This document shows positions 10,242 to 20,602 of a DNA stretch of 64,000 nucleotides, piece by piece (the first letter of the stretch is position 1; every line of letters begins with the position of its first letter). Origin of the DNA: a virus. Taxonomy: Duplodnaviria; Caudoviricetes. The translations under genes were made by a program, and so were the position numbers. Under the pieces are notes generated by a model, which was not told the DNA's origin, made no database searches, and was given only the letters and a program-made list of their open reading frames with translations. The stretch lies in IMG/VR virus record IMGVR_UViG_3300027759_000001. One strand, given 5' to 3'.

Positions 10242-11141
10242 ATGGAAGAAAATGATGCGATTGTTGAATTATTGGAGGACCTTTTAGGTGACCACGGACT
10301 GCACTACCCCAATAAGGGTCAGATATCTTTCAATTGCCCTGTCTGTGATGATGATAGAAATAAACATAATTTAGAAATAAATTACGTAAACAATGTTTAT
10401 AAATGTTGGTCTTGTGGTGATGTGGATGGTACTCACGGATCTTTGGGAAAACTTTTTGATAAGTACGGAAACAAGAAATTAAAGAAACTATATAATGTCT
10501 TAAAACCTGAGACGGTACAACCAAGACAAAAAAGAACAAAAAAATTAACACTTCCTGAAGGGTTCACGTTATTTACGGAGTCAAGTCCGGTATACCCAGT
10601 AAGAAGACAAGCATATAATTATTTAAAAAGTAGGGGAATAACAGATGAAATCATTAAGAAATATAATATTGGCTTTTGTGATCGTGGTAGTCATACAGGT
10701 CGCATTGTCGTCCCATCATATAATAGTGAAGGAGAATTAAATTATTATGTTGCTCGTAGTTGGGACACAAAAAGTAAATTTAAATATAAAAACCCTGAGG
10801 CAGAGAAAGATATAATAATCTTCAATGAAAGATTGATTGATTGGGATAAAGACATCTATTTGGTTGAAGGTGTATTTGACGGATTCTTCTTGGATAATTC
10901 AATTCCGATGTTAGGTAAACATATGTCGGAAATTCTATTTGAAAAAATATATATGAAATCTAAGGGAGACGTTATTATTGCTTTAGACGGTGATGCTTGG
11001 GATAATGCAATTAAACTATATCGTGAACTTAATGGTGGTGAGTTATATGAACGAATTAAGATTGTTCATTTACCTATGGACCAAGATGTATGTGATTTAA
11101 GAGGGAATATAAACGAATACTTCGTAAAATTAAAAGATTAA
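10242..11141 (+). CDS. dnaG: DNA primase (Zn finger plus TOPRIM)
   Basis: CPVC...CWSCG Zn-binding motif, YLVEGVFDG and ALDGD TOPRIM motifs; start moved to the ATG at 10242, downstream of the promoter. Confidence 0.85.
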   Translation: MEENDAIVELLEDLLGDHGLHYPNKGQISFNCPVCDDDRNKHNLEINYVNNVYKCWSCGDVDGTHGSLGKLFDKYGNKKLKKLYNVLKPETVQPRQKRTKKLTLPEGFTLFTESSPVYPVRRQAYNYLKSRGITDEIIKKYNIGFCDRGSHTGRIVVPSYNSEGELNYYVARSWDTKSKFKYKNPEAEKDIIIFNERLIDWDKDIYLVEGVFDGFFLDNSIPMLGKHMSEILFEKIYMKSKGDVIIALDGDAWDNAIKLYRELNGGELYERIKIVHLPMDQDVCDLRGNINEYFVKLKD

Positions 11142-11995
11142 TGGATTTAAAAAAAATATCTGAAGAGATCAGAGAAATCATATCAGAAAAACAAAAAGAG
11201 TTTCAATTAACATTTGAGGAAGATACTCACAAATATACTATGTTAGATATAACTGGTAAATTAAGAGATGATTTCCCGTCTGTTTCTAAATTGATGAAAT
11301 ATTTCTATACGGAATTTGATTCTGAAGGAATTTCATTTAGGAAAGCGAATGGTGATCCTTATGAACAACAACGATTATTGGAAGAATGGGCGGCTGCTGG
11401 AACATACTCAACAAACATGGGTTCTCGTGTTCACTTCTTATTAGAGAAACATACATTAGAAGAATTTGGTATTGGTAAAGAAGTGAGACAACCAATTTAT
11501 GAATGTGATGCAGAACAGATTGTAAAAGGTGATACTATGGTTGTTGCTGGCAAACAATACATTGATTTACTTAAAGAACGTAATTGTATATTACTTGATA
11601 CGGAGATGGTTTTAGGTCACCCTGAATTGGGATATACAGGACAACCAGATAAGGTATGGTTAATTATTGGTACAAATGGTGATCTTGGTATTTTGATTAC
11701 GGATTGGAAAACAAACAAACCTAAAAACTTTGAAAAGAATAAGTTTACAAAACCAATGAAGAAACCATTTGAAGATTTACCTGATAATGCTCTTGGTCAC
11801 TACAACACACAATTACCATTTTATGGTAAACTATTATTAAAGATGTTGGAAGGAACAAAATATGAGAATATCAAACTGATGGGTTGTATTGTTGTGTTAT
11901 TAACGGAAGAAAGAGAATTTGTTGAACATAGAGTCGCAAAAAAAACTATTAATACAATTCTTGAAATGGATATGAAAAAGTATTTGACAAAATAA
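11141..11995 (+). CDS. PD-(D/E)XK nuclease (Cas4-like exonuclease)
   Basis: GYTGQPD...ITDWKT...QLPFY. Confidence 0.75.
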   Translation: MDLKKISEEIREIISEKQKEFQLTFEEDTHKYTMLDITGKLRDDFPSVSKLMKYFYTEFDSEGISFRKANGDPYEQQRLLEEWAAAGTYSTNMGSRVHFLLEKHTLEEFGIGKEVRQPIYECDAEQIVKGDTMVVAGKQYIDLLKERNCILLDTEMVLGHPELGYTGQPDKVWLIIGTNGDLGILITDWKTNKPKNFEKNKFTKPMKKPFEDLPDNALGHYNTQLPFYGKLLLKMLEGTKYENIKLMGCIVVLLTEEREFVEHRVAKKTINTILEMDMKKYLTK

Positions 11996-12103
11996 ATAAA
12001 TTAAACTATATTATAGTATGGAAATGACAATTACACCAATTTGGTACACCAACACTAGTTGGGACACTGAAAAAATTAAAATAAACGTTAAATATATAAT
12101 AAA

Positions 12104-12322
12104 ATGAGTGATGATAACATCATAAGACCTAAGATTAATCTTAGGGAACAACCAACTATCGTTTGTGAGGAGTGTGGTTCAAGATTCTTCAAAGAAGTAA
12201 CTATGTTGAAGAAAGTGCCTAAATTGTTAACAGGAAGTCCGGAAGATACAATCGTACCTTTTCCAACTTATATGTGTAATAGTTGTGGATTCGTAAATGA
12301 AGAATTCTTAATTTTTGAATAG
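12104..12322 (+). CDS. Small Zn-ribbon protein
   Basis: CEECG...CNSCG. Confidence 0.7.
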   Translation: MSDDNIIRPKINLREQPTIVCEECGSRFFKEVTMLKKVPKLLTGSPEDTIVPFPTYMCNSCGFVNEEFLIFE

Positions 12323-12464
12323 TGGAAATCGGTAAAATGACATTAAATGAAGCTTATCCTCACCTTAAAAGTGTGGCATTGGCTTATGGTCTAAACTTAA
12401 ATAGAGTTAAAGAATTTAGGTTTGCAAGAATTATTTTAGTAAACCTATATAATAGAGAATTAGT

Positions 12465-12680
12465 ATGACACATAAAGAATTTTACATTTGGTTAGAAGGT
12501 TACTTGTATGGTAAACTTGAAAATAAACACATAGAAATTACTCCTATTGTAGAAAAAATGGGTCAAGTAAAAGATAATGAATTTAAAAGTAATATGTTAC
12601 CTTTTCAAAATATACCTATTCCAGTAAATCCATTTAAATCAGAAGATGATTTGGGATATCCACCAAAAATAGTAATGTAA
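12465..12680 (+). CDS. Hypothetical protein
   Basis: ORF within a tandem operon. Confidence 0.6.
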   Translation: MTHKEFYIWLEGYLYGKLENKHIEITPIVEKMGQVKDNEFKSNMLPFQNIPIPVNPFKSEDDLGYPPKIVM

Positions 12681-12682
12681 TT

Positions 12683-13015
12683 ATGATTGAAGATATTAAA
12701 GTTATACACCTTAAGAGTAACGCACAACAACTTGAAACATGGATTGCCATGTTAAATGGTGAAATTATAGGTCACATATATATGGAACGAGAAGAAAGTA
12801 ATAAAATAAAATTTTTAGATGCTTGGGTGCACGAAGAACATAGACTAAAAGGTGTTTTTAGAATGTTGTGGGATACTAGATGGGAATATGTTAAAACCCG
12901 TTATAGTGGATTTACTGTATATGCTTGGTGTAAACCAGGTTCATTACCATTATTAATTGAAAAAGGATTCACTGAAGGTGAGACATCAACTTATGTTGAA
13001 AAAACAATAACATAA
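12683..13015 (+). CDS. GNAT-family acetyltransferase
   Basis: AWVHEEHRLKGVFRML acetyl-CoA-binding motif; KGF near the C-terminus. Confidence 0.7.
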   Translation: MIEDIKVIHLKSNAQQLETWIAMLNGEIIGHIYMEREESNKIKFLDAWVHEEHRLKGVFRMLWDTRWEYVKTRYSGFTVYAWCKPGSLPLLIEKGFTEGETSTYVEKTIT

Positions 13016-13028
13016 ATAAATTAAAACT

Positions 13029-13364
13029 ATGAAAAACTTATTAACCATCATTGTTAGTACATCAATTCTTATTGGTATATTTGCGCCCATTATTAATAAT
13101 AGAGCGAATAACAAATTCAGTGGAGTAATAAAAGATAAAGAAAAAATAATTGACAGTCTTAAAAAAAATCCTCATGTAGATACTCTATGGTTATCATTAC
13201 CTGAAGATTCCATCAAGGTTGAAATAGGAAAACAATTAAAAAAAATACAATCCCAAAGGGATAAAAATAAAGCGTTGAAAGAATATATAATTTTCTTAGA
13301 AAATGAAAACCAATTTTTAGGTAGTGTTCTTGCAGAGAAAGAGTTAGAAGACGGTATTGAATAA
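13029..13364 (+). CDS. Hypothetical protein with N-terminal transmembrane or signal segment
   Basis: Hydrophobic N-terminus followed by coiled coil. Confidence 0.6.
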   Translation: MKNLLTIIVSTSILIGIFAPIINNRANNKFSGVIKDKEKIIDSLKKNPHVDTLWLSLPEDSIKVEIGKQLKKIQSQRDKNKALKEYIIFLENENQFLGSVLAEKELEDGIE

Positions 13365-13391
13365 CAAATAAAGTATTAAAAATTAAAACCT

Positions 13392-13766
13392 ATGAAATCA
13401 AGTATAATATTAGCCATCCTTCTGTTTTTTATTACATTCACATCTGTATCTCAGATAATAGGAACAACATATAAACTTAATAATATAGAAATTGCACAAT
13501 TTGATTTACCCACAGAGGTAACATGGTATAATGCTAAAAGAGAGTGTAACGAATTGGGTAAAGATTGGAGATTACCAACTAAAGAGGAATTAGACGAAAT
13601 GTATAACAATAAGGATCTTATAGGTAATTTTGTTAACACTAATTATTGGAGTTCTACAGAGTATAATTCTAATTATGTTTGGATGGAGGTGTTTACACAC
13701 AGGTCTATTGCGATAACATTAAAAGAAGGACATATTAATGCTAGAGCAGTTAAAACAATTAAATAA
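13392..13766 (+). CDS. Secreted DUF1566 (Lcl-like) domain protein
   Basis: Signal peptide; TWYNAK..C...WRLPTKEEL...YWSSTE. Confidence 0.75.
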   Translation: MKSSIILAILLFFITFTSVSQIIGTTYKLNNIEIAQFDLPTEVTWYNAKRECNELGKDWRLPTKEELDEMYNNKDLIGNFVNTNYWSSTEYNSNYVWMEVFTHRSIAITLKEGHINARAVKTIK

Positions 13767-13874
13767 TATGATATATAAATTAAGATACAAATTATTAAAA
13801 TATATTTTAAGAAAACTTAGATAACCAAAATTTTTTTTGTGTATTGAAGATATAAAAATAAAACAATATAAATA

Positions 13875-14090
13875 ATGAAAAGATACCCCGCATTATTCAT
13901 TAAATGGTTATCTAACCGTTTTGGATACAAAATAGGAATGATTAAAATTGATGGTAATAGGAAAAATGATAGAGGAAAATCTTTCATACCTCACACAATA
14001 ATTGAGGGTGATTTAGAGATATTGAGATATTTGGATATCTCAGGATACCTCTTTAAAAAAGAACCATTTAATAGAAGTAAAAATGATTAA
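13875..14090 (+). CDS. Hypothetical protein
   Basis: ORF overlapping the next start codon. Confidence 0.55.
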   Translation: MKRYPALFIKWLSNRFGYKIGMIKIDGNRKNDRGKSFIPHTIIEGDLEILRYLDISGYLFKKEPFNRSKND

Positions 14091-14862
14091 AACTTTAGTA
14101 CACTTTTCTGATTTACATATCAGATTATATAAAGATCACGACTTATACCGATCAATATTGGAAACGGCAATTGAACAATGGAAAGAATTGTCTCCTGACC
14201 GTATTATATTTACGGGTGATTTAGTTCATTCTAAAAACCAAATGACACCTGAACTTATTGAATTTGTTGCTTGGATTTTAACTGAATGTTCATCAATTGC
14301 TAAAACAATTATTATACCAGGTAACCACGACTTTTTGGTAAATAATACCGAAAGATTGGACGCACTTACACCTATCATTAACTCTTTAAATAATCATAAT
14401 ATTGTATACTACAGAGATAGAGGTGTGTATGAGGATGATAACATTAGTTGGTGTGTATATTCACAATACCAAGGAAATATTCCTCCTGATATTATTGAAG
14501 GTAAGGGTAGAAAAATTGGGTTATTTCACGGACCTATTTCAGGTTTAAAAACAGATCTTGGATTTGAGTTTGGTGAAGAGGCGTATGATATTGAAAAGTT
14601 TGATGGGTTGGAAACCGTATTATGTGGTGATATTCATAAACGAGCTGAGTTCCAAATTAAAGGAGGTAAAGGTTATATGATTGGATCAACCATTCAAAAC
14701 AACATTGGCGAAAGTATAGGTAGACATGGATATGGTATATATGATGTTGAAACAAAGGAGTATAATTATACTGATTTACCTAATCCAAAACCATTTTTAA
14801 AGTTCTCCATTAAATCATTTGAAGATATTGAGAATGGAACAGAAAGACTCCAAAATATTTAA
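14083..14862 (+). CDS. sbcD: SbcD/Mre11-like metallophosphoesterase nuclease (T4 gp47-like)
   Basis: DLH, GD, GNHD and GDIH motifs. Confidence 0.85.
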   Translation: MIKTLVHFSDLHIRLYKDHDLYRSILETAIEQWKELSPDRIIFTGDLVHSKNQMTPELIEFVAWILTECSSIAKTIIIPGNHDFLVNNTERLDALTPIINSLNNHNIVYYRDRGVYEDDNISWCVYSQYQGNIPPDIIEGKGRKIGLFHGPISGLKTDLGFEFGEEAYDIEKFDGLETVLCGDIHKRAEFQIKGGKGYMIGSTIQNNIGESIGRHGYGIYDVETKEYNYTDLPNPKPFLKFSIKSFEDIENGTERLQNI

Positions 14863-15490
14863 TAAAGAAACTCTCAGCAGCGTTGAGAGTTTTTGTGAAC
14901 TCAATAATATTGAGGATAAGGAAGATTTCATCTACCTTTGTTTCAAACAAGGTTTTGACATTAAGAAGTTTGGTCTTTTGGGAGAAACACTTAATGAAGG
15001 TGAAAAACACTTAAAAACGGGTGGGATTGAAGAAAAACGGGTGGAAATTGAGGTAATACGAGAAATACGGGTGGAAGTACCAGTTGAGAAGATAGTTGAA
15101 CGAATTGTTAATGTAACTGATGATACTAAAATAAATGAACTGTTGTTAAAAATACAACAGTTGGAAAATGTCACAGAAGATGTCACAGAAATAGAATGTA
15201 TTTGTGACAAAAATATTGAAAATGAACTTGGCGAAAAAATTGCCAAGTTGGAAGAGGAAATGTCTAAAAAGGATGAAGAATTAGACGAACTTAGACGTAA
15301 TTTAGACATTCCTGTAACAAATAATAAGTTAAATATGTTACAAGATACTTTACAGAATTTAAGAAATGACTTATCATTGAAGAACGATAAAATAAATGAA
15401 TTAGAAAAAATAAACCAGGAACTACAAAGAACGGCAAATTTACAAAACGCCATTTATATGAAAGGTTCCAATTTAAATAGTAGAATATGA
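14834..15490 (+). CDS. Coiled-coil protein
   Basis: E/K-rich heptads and VEKIVE motif; start moved to the ATG at 14834. Confidence 0.6.
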   Translation: MEQKDSKIFNKETLSSVESFCELNNIEDKEDFIYLCFKQGFDIKKFGLLGETLNEGEKHLKTGGIEEKRVEIEVIREIRVEVPVEKIVERIVNVTDDTKINELLLKIQQLENVTEDVTEIECICDKNIENELGEKIAKLEEEMSKKDEELDELRRNLDIPVTNNKLNMLQDTLQNLRNDLSLKNDKINELEKINQELQRTANLQNAIYMKGSNLNSRI

Positions 15491-15840
15491 TACAATTAGT
15501 AATGTTTATGATCGCGGCATATGGAATGACGACGATCTTAGTGTATGGATCCATTTTCAATGGATTAAGAGATAAAATTAAAATTGCAGGTGGAGATAAA
15601 GGTTATTTTTTAACTAGACCTACATTTAAATTCATATCAGATTTGATATCTTGTATATTATGTACGGGTACTTGGGTTGGATTTGTCTTATCCTTATTTT
15701 ATTTTTCACCGGCTCATGAATTTATTGGACTTAATAAGTTTTTATCCGTATTTTTTGATGGAATGTTGTCCGCAGGTGCGGTATGGGCAATCAATAGTAT
15801 AATTGAATGGTTTGAAGAAAATAGACCAAGTAATAAATAA
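15487..15840 (+). CDS. Membrane protein, DUF1360-like
   Basis: Transmembrane segments with LISCILCTGTW. Confidence 0.6.
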   Translation: MIQLVMFMIAAYGMTTILVYGSIFNGLRDKIKIAGGDKGYFLTRPTFKFISDLISCILCTGTWVGFVLSLFYFSPAHEFIGLNKFLSVFFDGMLSAGAVWAINSIIEWFEENRPSNK

Positions 15841-15855
15841 AAACAAATATAAAAA

Positions 15856-16194
15856 ATGGGAAAAAAGGACAAAGAACACAGAGCAAAAGTTGCAAAAAGA
15901 AACAAACGTATAAACCAAGAAAAATCAGGAATGCAAAAAGCTTTTGATAAATTAATGGAAGAACAAATTCAAAAATTAAAAACCGATGAAGGTTTAAATG
16001 TAGGTTTATCTGGTAGTACAATGCCATTTGAAATTTTTGATAAAGATCAATTAGATTCAATTGTGGACTTTAAATCAAAACACCCCGAATTAATCATGGG
16101 TAATGACGAGGAATTAACAGAAGAATTCCCACTTAACATTGAAGGAGATGATATTCCTTTAGGTGTTGATACAACAGAAGAAGAACAAAAATAA
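15856..16194 (+). CDS. Hypothetical protein (basic N-terminus, acidic C-terminus)
   Basis: ORF within operon. Confidence 0.6.
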   Translation: MGKKDKEHRAKVAKRNKRINQEKSGMQKAFDKLMEEQIQKLKTDEGLNVGLSGSTMPFEIFDKDQLDSIVDFKSKHPELIMGNDEELTEEFPLNIEGDDIPLGVDTTEEEQK

Positions 16195-16197
16195 TGA

Positions 16198-18570
16198 ATG
16201 GACTTGTTCAACCCACCAAGATTATTTAATTACAATATAATGATAAAAGATTTAGACTTTTCAAAGTACGAAAATCCTACAATACAAGTTGTATGGGAAG
16301 ACCTACAAGAAAATTTCACACAAGATAAGATTAAGAGTGTTAAACATTATTTCCAAAAGAAATATAACACTACCAATGTGAATGTATTAACCAAGGTTAA
16401 AAACGTTGAGACAGATACAATGCAAAGTATTGATGTGTCTGTTAATGTAACTGATGTTAATTATCAACTTGATCTATTAAAGAAATTTTTAGAGTCTAAA
16501 GGGTATACTGACTATACTGAAGATATTTTAGGTATCAACAGAATGGTTGAGAACCGAATGAAAGAGGATGAAACTGAAACAACACAATTCAAAAAGTGGT
16601 ATATCAGAAACATTGAGTTTTCAAACTTCTTATCATATGGTGAGAATCAAAGAATGGATTTTGATAAATGCAACGGGGTTGTCGTTGTTGAATCAGATCC
16701 ACCTAACTTTGGTGGGAAGACCGTTCTTTCTGTGGATTTGTTGTTGTTCTTATTCTTTAATGAGACAACAAAGACTACAAAGGCTGAAGAAATCTTTAAC
16801 CGATTTACCGATAAAGACTCGGTAGTTGTTAAAGGTGAAGTTACAATTGATGGGGAAGATTATATTATCCTTAGAAAGATTGAAAGAAAACTTTCTAAAA
16901 AAGGAGAATGGAATGTGAAAACAGAATTGGACTTCTTCAAAAAAATGACCGATGGTAGTTTATTAAATTTCACGGGGGAACAAAGAAGGGAAACTGAGGC
17001 GTTCATTAAAAATTCCATTGGAACCAAAGAAGATTTCTTAATGACCATACTTACAACCGCAACCAATCTTGAGGAGTTATTGGAGTCAAAACCAACCGCA
17101 AGAGGACAGGTGTTGTCAAGATTTATGGGACTTGAGTTTTTAAAACGGAAAGAGGAAGTTGGTAAAGAGATTTATTCTGAATTTAATAAATCAAAGATGT
17201 CTAACATTTATAATTCGGAAGAATTAAAAGGTGATAACGGATCTTTAACAACAAAAATCGGTGAATTAAATGATCAAATTGATTTAATCAAATTGGAACT
17301 TAACGATATTGATGATAAAATCGTTAAGGGAAAAGAATATCGTGATGATATGTTGAAGAAGAAACACGGAGACATTGATAAGGAAATCAGTTTGATGAAC
17401 CCGGTTAAGACTCAAGAAGAAATCAATGGTTTTGAAATAGAAAAGACAACGTTCCAACAAAATTTAGGTGAACTTAAAGTTGTTGAACCAAAAGAATTTT
17501 ATCATGAGGATGATCACGATAAAATTAAAGAGGAATACAATGACGTGTTCAAATCTAAAATTGAACTTGAGACACAGATAAGAGAAATTGAGAAATTGAA
17601 GAGTTCTGTGAGTGATGGTATTAAATGTGAACATTGTGGAATTGAGTTAATGAATGCATCAATAACCCAACAAAAAATTGCCGAACTTGATGGTTATATC
17701 GTGCATAAAGACCAAAAAGATGGGTTAATGCAGGTTTTAACAGGCAAAGAACAAGCTTTTGTTCAGTTAAAGAAAGACTTTGATGAGTATGAGAAAAACA
17801 AACTTATCAAAGAGAAATACGAATTAAGTATTGAAAGTTGTGATTTAAAGATTGGAGTTTTAAAAGGTAAGTTGGATCGTTGGGGTGATGTTCAGGATAA
17901 GATTAAAGAGAACACACAGATTGATTCAATGTTGATTAAGGCGGATTTAAGGTTGGATGAACTTGATCATCTTAAAAGACAAAAAAACACAAACATTACA
18001 AACAATGAATACCAAATCAAAACTTGTAATGAAAATATTGAAAACAATGAAAAGTTAATTGTTAAGATCAAAGAGGAAGAGGAGAAGGAAAGAATATACA
18101 AAATCTATATGGAAGCCTTTGGTAAAAATGGATTATCAAAAATCATTATGAAAACAATGATGCCTTTGATTAACTCTGAATTACAAAGATTGATGGAAGA
18201 TAGTTGTTACTTTAAATTATTGATTAATATAAATGACAAAAATGATGTTGAATTCTTAATGATTGATAATAGTACTGGTATTGAAAAATTAATGGTTTCA
18301 GGATCAGGATATGAAAGAACAATTGCATCATTAGCATTACGATCGGTACTTAGTAAGGTATGTACTTTACCTAAACCAAACATCGTAGTTTTTGATGAGG
18401 TATTTGGGAAAATATCAAATGATAACCTTGAAATGGTATCTGAGTTTTTCCAAAAAATTAAAGAATATTTTGATAAAGTTTTCCTTATTAGTCATAACCC
18501 AATGATTAGTCAATGGTCGGATACTATCGTTAAAATCAAAAAAGAAAATAATATATCAAAAGTTTTGTAG
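16198..18570 (+). CDS. sbcC: SbcC/Rad50-like ATPase (T4 gp46-like)
   Basis: NFLSYG, GGKT Walker A, CEHC zinc hook, SGYE signature, FDEVFG Walker B, ISH. Confidence 0.9.
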   Translation: MDLFNPPRLFNYNIMIKDLDFSKYENPTIQVVWEDLQENFTQDKIKSVKHYFQKKYNTTNVNVLTKVKNVETDTMQSIDVSVNVTDVNYQLDLLKKFLESKGYTDYTEDILGINRMVENRMKEDETETTQFKKWYIRNIEFSNFLSYGENQRMDFDKCNGVVVVESDPPNFGGKTVLSVDLLLFLFFNETTKTTKAEEIFNRFTDKDSVVVKGEVTIDGEDYIILRKIERKLSKKGEWNVKTELDFFKKMTDGSLLNFTGEQRRETEAFIKNSIGTKEDFLMTILTTATNLEELLESKPTARGQVLSRFMGLEFLKRKEEVGKEIYSEFNKSKMSNIYNSEELKGDNGSLTTKIGELNDQIDLIKLELNDIDDKIVKGKEYRDDMLKKKHGDIDKEISLMNPVKTQEEINGFEIEKTTFQQNLGELKVVEPKEFYHEDDHDKIKEEYNDVFKSKIELETQIREIEKLKSSVSDGIKCEHCGIELMNASITQQKIAELDGYIVHKDQKDGLMQVLTGKEQAFVQLKKDFDEYEKNKLIKEKYELSIESCDLKIGVLKGKLDRWGDVQDKIKENTQIDSMLIKADLRLDELDHLKRQKNTNITNNEYQIKTCNENIENNEKLIVKIKEEEEKERIYKIYMEAFGKNGLSKIIMKTMMPLINSELQRLMEDSCYFKLLININDKNDVEFLMIDNSTGIEKLMVSGSGYERTIASLALRSVLSKVCTLPKPNIVVFDEVFGKISNDNLEMVSEFFQKIKEYFDKVFLISHNPMISQWSDTIVKIKKENNISKVL

Positions 18571-18596
18571 TTAATTAGATTTTATTTGTATATTTG
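18564..18596 (+). promoter_or_regulatory. Bacteroidota-type promoter
   Basis: TTTG(18564)-N21-TATATTTG(18589). Confidence 0.65.
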
Positions 18597-18618
18597 TAAA
18601 ACAATTTAAAACACACAT

Positions 18619-19146
18619 ATGAATTACTTACTTTTTGTATACCACAATGAAGATATGAAAAACCCCGATGAGACAACTGCAAACATTGGGGCTGAGTTAT
18701 CAAAGATTATGTCATCAAACCAAGTTAAGTTTATGTTTGGTGATAAACATTCAATTTTCCACTTTGCAAGTGATTTCTCCGTTGATGAGATTGATGACTT
18801 CTTATGTTTAGTGTCTGTAGAATTTGAAAACTTTAATTATTTTCTAACACAAAAGACTAAAAATGTAGCATCTAACTTTGATGAAGACAACTTATTACAT
18901 TTACTTACGTTAAGAAATACCAATAAGAAAAAACAAACTCCACCTAAAAGTTTTGAATTTAAAATGGATTTTGGTAGTAATGAGGAGTTTGCTCGTATGT
19001 CAGAAACCATTATGGGTTTTGCACCTAAAAAAGTATGTACATTAACAATTGACGAACTTTTAGATAAGATAAACGATCAGGGGATCAATTCATTGACTGA
19101 AGAAGAAAAAAACAAATTAGACGAATATTCAAAAACAATTAATTAA
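18619..19146 (+). CDS. Hypothetical protein ending in a TIDELLDKINDQGINSLTEEEK motif
   Basis: ORF; the C-terminal IDxLLDKI..G..SLT..EK helix pair recalls the tail of Bacteroidota rhomboid proteins. Confidence 0.6.
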   Translation: MNYLLFVYHNEDMKNPDETTANIGAELSKIMSSNQVKFMFGDKHSIFHFASDFSVDEIDDFLCLVSVEFENFNYFLTQKTKNVASNFDEDNLLHLLTLRNTNKKKQTPPKSFEFKMDFGSNEEFARMSETIMGFAPKKVCTLTIDELLDKINDQGINSLTEEEKNKLDEYSKTIN

Positions 19147-19150
19147 ACAT

Positions 19151-19951
19151 ATGAAAGACAAAAATTTAGGGATTCCGATTAACCAAGAAGAGATTCAACA
19201 TTATCTAAAAGATATTCGTAGAATTAAAGTAATGACACCTGACAGAGAAAAAGAACTGGCGGTTAAGATGAAGGCTGATGATACTCCTAAACGTGAAAGG
19301 GAAAAAATTGAATCCGAGTTATTAGTTGGTAATTTACGTTTTGTAATTACGGTGGCCAAACAATATCAGAATCAAGGTTTGGATTTATCTGATCTAATTG
19401 CTGAAGGTAATTTGGGTTTGATGAAAGCGATTAAAAACTTTGATTGGCATAAAGATCTACGTTTTATATCATACGCAGTTTGGTGGGTTAAACAATCTAT
19501 CATCCAGTCGTTGAATGATAACGCAAGAACGATCAGACTTCCAGTTAATGTTGTTCAGGACCTACATAAGGCTAAGAAAGAAATTGCGATTACAGGTAAA
19601 GAATTAGAATTAAAGTTTTCATCATTACCGTCTATGATTGATTTGGATATGACAATCAATGATGAAGGTGACACATTGGTTGATATGATTGCTAATCCTA
19701 ACGCACTTGCTCCTGATGCGGGATTCAACACTAAAGATATGTTAAAGAACAAATTAATATCTTTATTAAATGTGTTAGATGAAAGAGAAAAAGTGATAAT
19801 TGAGGATTATTTTGGATTAAGTGGAACACCAAGAACACTTGAAGACATTGGTGGAGATTTTGGTTTAACTAAAGAACGAGTTAGACAGATTAAGGAAAGA
19901 GCCCTTAGAAGATTGAGAAATGAAAGTTCAGAACTATTTGATTACTTATAA
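19151..19951 (+). CDS. rpoD: Phage-encoded sigma70-family factor (Bacteroidota RpoD-like, lacking region 1.1)
   Basis: NLRFVITVAKQY, DLIAEGNLGLMKA, FISYAVWWVKQ, RTLEDIG..FGLTKERVRQI. Confidence 0.92.
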   Translation: MKDKNLGIPINQEEIQHYLKDIRRIKVMTPDREKELAVKMKADDTPKREREKIESELLVGNLRFVITVAKQYQNQGLDLSDLIAEGNLGLMKAIKNFDWHKDLRFISYAVWWVKQSIIQSLNDNARTIRLPVNVVQDLHKAKKEIAITGKELELKFSSLPSMIDLDMTINDEGDTLVDMIANPNALAPDAGFNTKDMLKNKLISLLNVLDEREKVIIEDYFGLSGTPRTLEDIGGDFGLTKERVRQIKERALRRLRNESSELFDYL

Positions 19952-19966
19952 AAAAAATAAAAAAAC

Positions 19967-20413
19967 ATGGGAAGTGTAATTGATTATATTGAATGTCCAA
20001 ATTGTAAACAAGAAGCGTTTAGCGATTTCTATTACAAAACAGGTGAAGATTATATAAATTGTGGTAGTTGTGGGTACCATTATGCTCAAACATTAAAAAG
20101 AGATGAGGATGGAAAATTTGTAACCGAAGATGGTACTGATAATTATAACTTTGATAATCTTATTATGGAAGTTTCGGAACTTAAAAATCCATTTGGTTCG
20201 TATCGTTTAAAAGTTTATCAGTCACCGGCAACTCAAGTTGGGTCATTTGAAACTGAGGAACAATATAATGAGTTTAAGTTACAAATTGAAGGGGATGTTG
20301 AAATTGAATTCTGTTCTGTGTCAAGATTTGTTGATGGTGAAATCAAAGTTGAAATGATAATTGATAATGGACCTAAGGTTGATTCTGCTGGATTTACAAT
20401 TGAGGATCGTTAA
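19967..20413 (+). CDS. Zn-ribbon protein
   Basis: CPNC...CGSCG. Confidence 0.65.
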   Translation: MGSVIDYIECPNCKQEAFSDFYYKTGEDYINCGSCGYHYAQTLKRDEDGKFVTEDGTDNYNFDNLIMEVSELKNPFGSYRLKVYQSPATQVGSFETEEQYNEFKLQIEGDVEIEFCSVSRFVDGEIKVEMIIDNGPKVDSAGFTIEDR

Positions 20414-20424
20414 TTTAAAAAAGA

Positions 20425-20456
20425 TTTGGCAGATTGAAATAAAATACTTATATTTG
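20425..20456 (+). promoter_or_regulatory. Bacteroidota-type promoter driving a short transcript
   Basis: TTTG(20425)-N20-TATATTTG(20449). Confidence 0.7.
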
Positions 20457-20457
20457 T

Positions 20458-20602
20458 AAGACAAACGAAAAGGGTTGAACCGAGATTACCCTTACAACTC
20501 GGCGGAATGAGACACGATGTTCTCTGGGTGAAAATCCTCAATCTTACTCGTGATGTAAGATGAAATTACACTCCCCCATTGGTACCAGTGGGGGTTTATT
20601 TT
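20458..20602 (+). ncRNA. Candidate structured small RNA (H-type pseudoknot plus hairpins)
   Basis: AAGGGT/ACCCTT and CCGAG/CTCGG crossing stems; GGGT-GAAA-ATCC; ATCTTAC/GTAAGAT; ends in a terminator. Confidence 0.45.
20573..20602. terminator. Intrinsic terminator, probably bidirectional
   Basis: CCCCCATTGG-TA-CCAGTGGGGG then TTTATTTT. Confidence 0.8.

Noticed and set aside
11141-11995. Cas4 as part of a CRISPR system
   Set aside because: A solo PD-(D/E)XK nuclease beside the primase, lacking the Cas4 Fe-S cysteines and about 49 kb from the array.
14810-16060. Several minus-strand ORFs (for example 14932..15453)
   Set aside because: Antisense shadows of well-supported plus-strand genes, with S/F/I-biased composition.
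20458-20602. tmRNA, tRNA or hammerhead identity for the small RNA
   Set aside because: No T-arm/CCA end, no tmRNA termini and no CUGAUGA hammerhead core.
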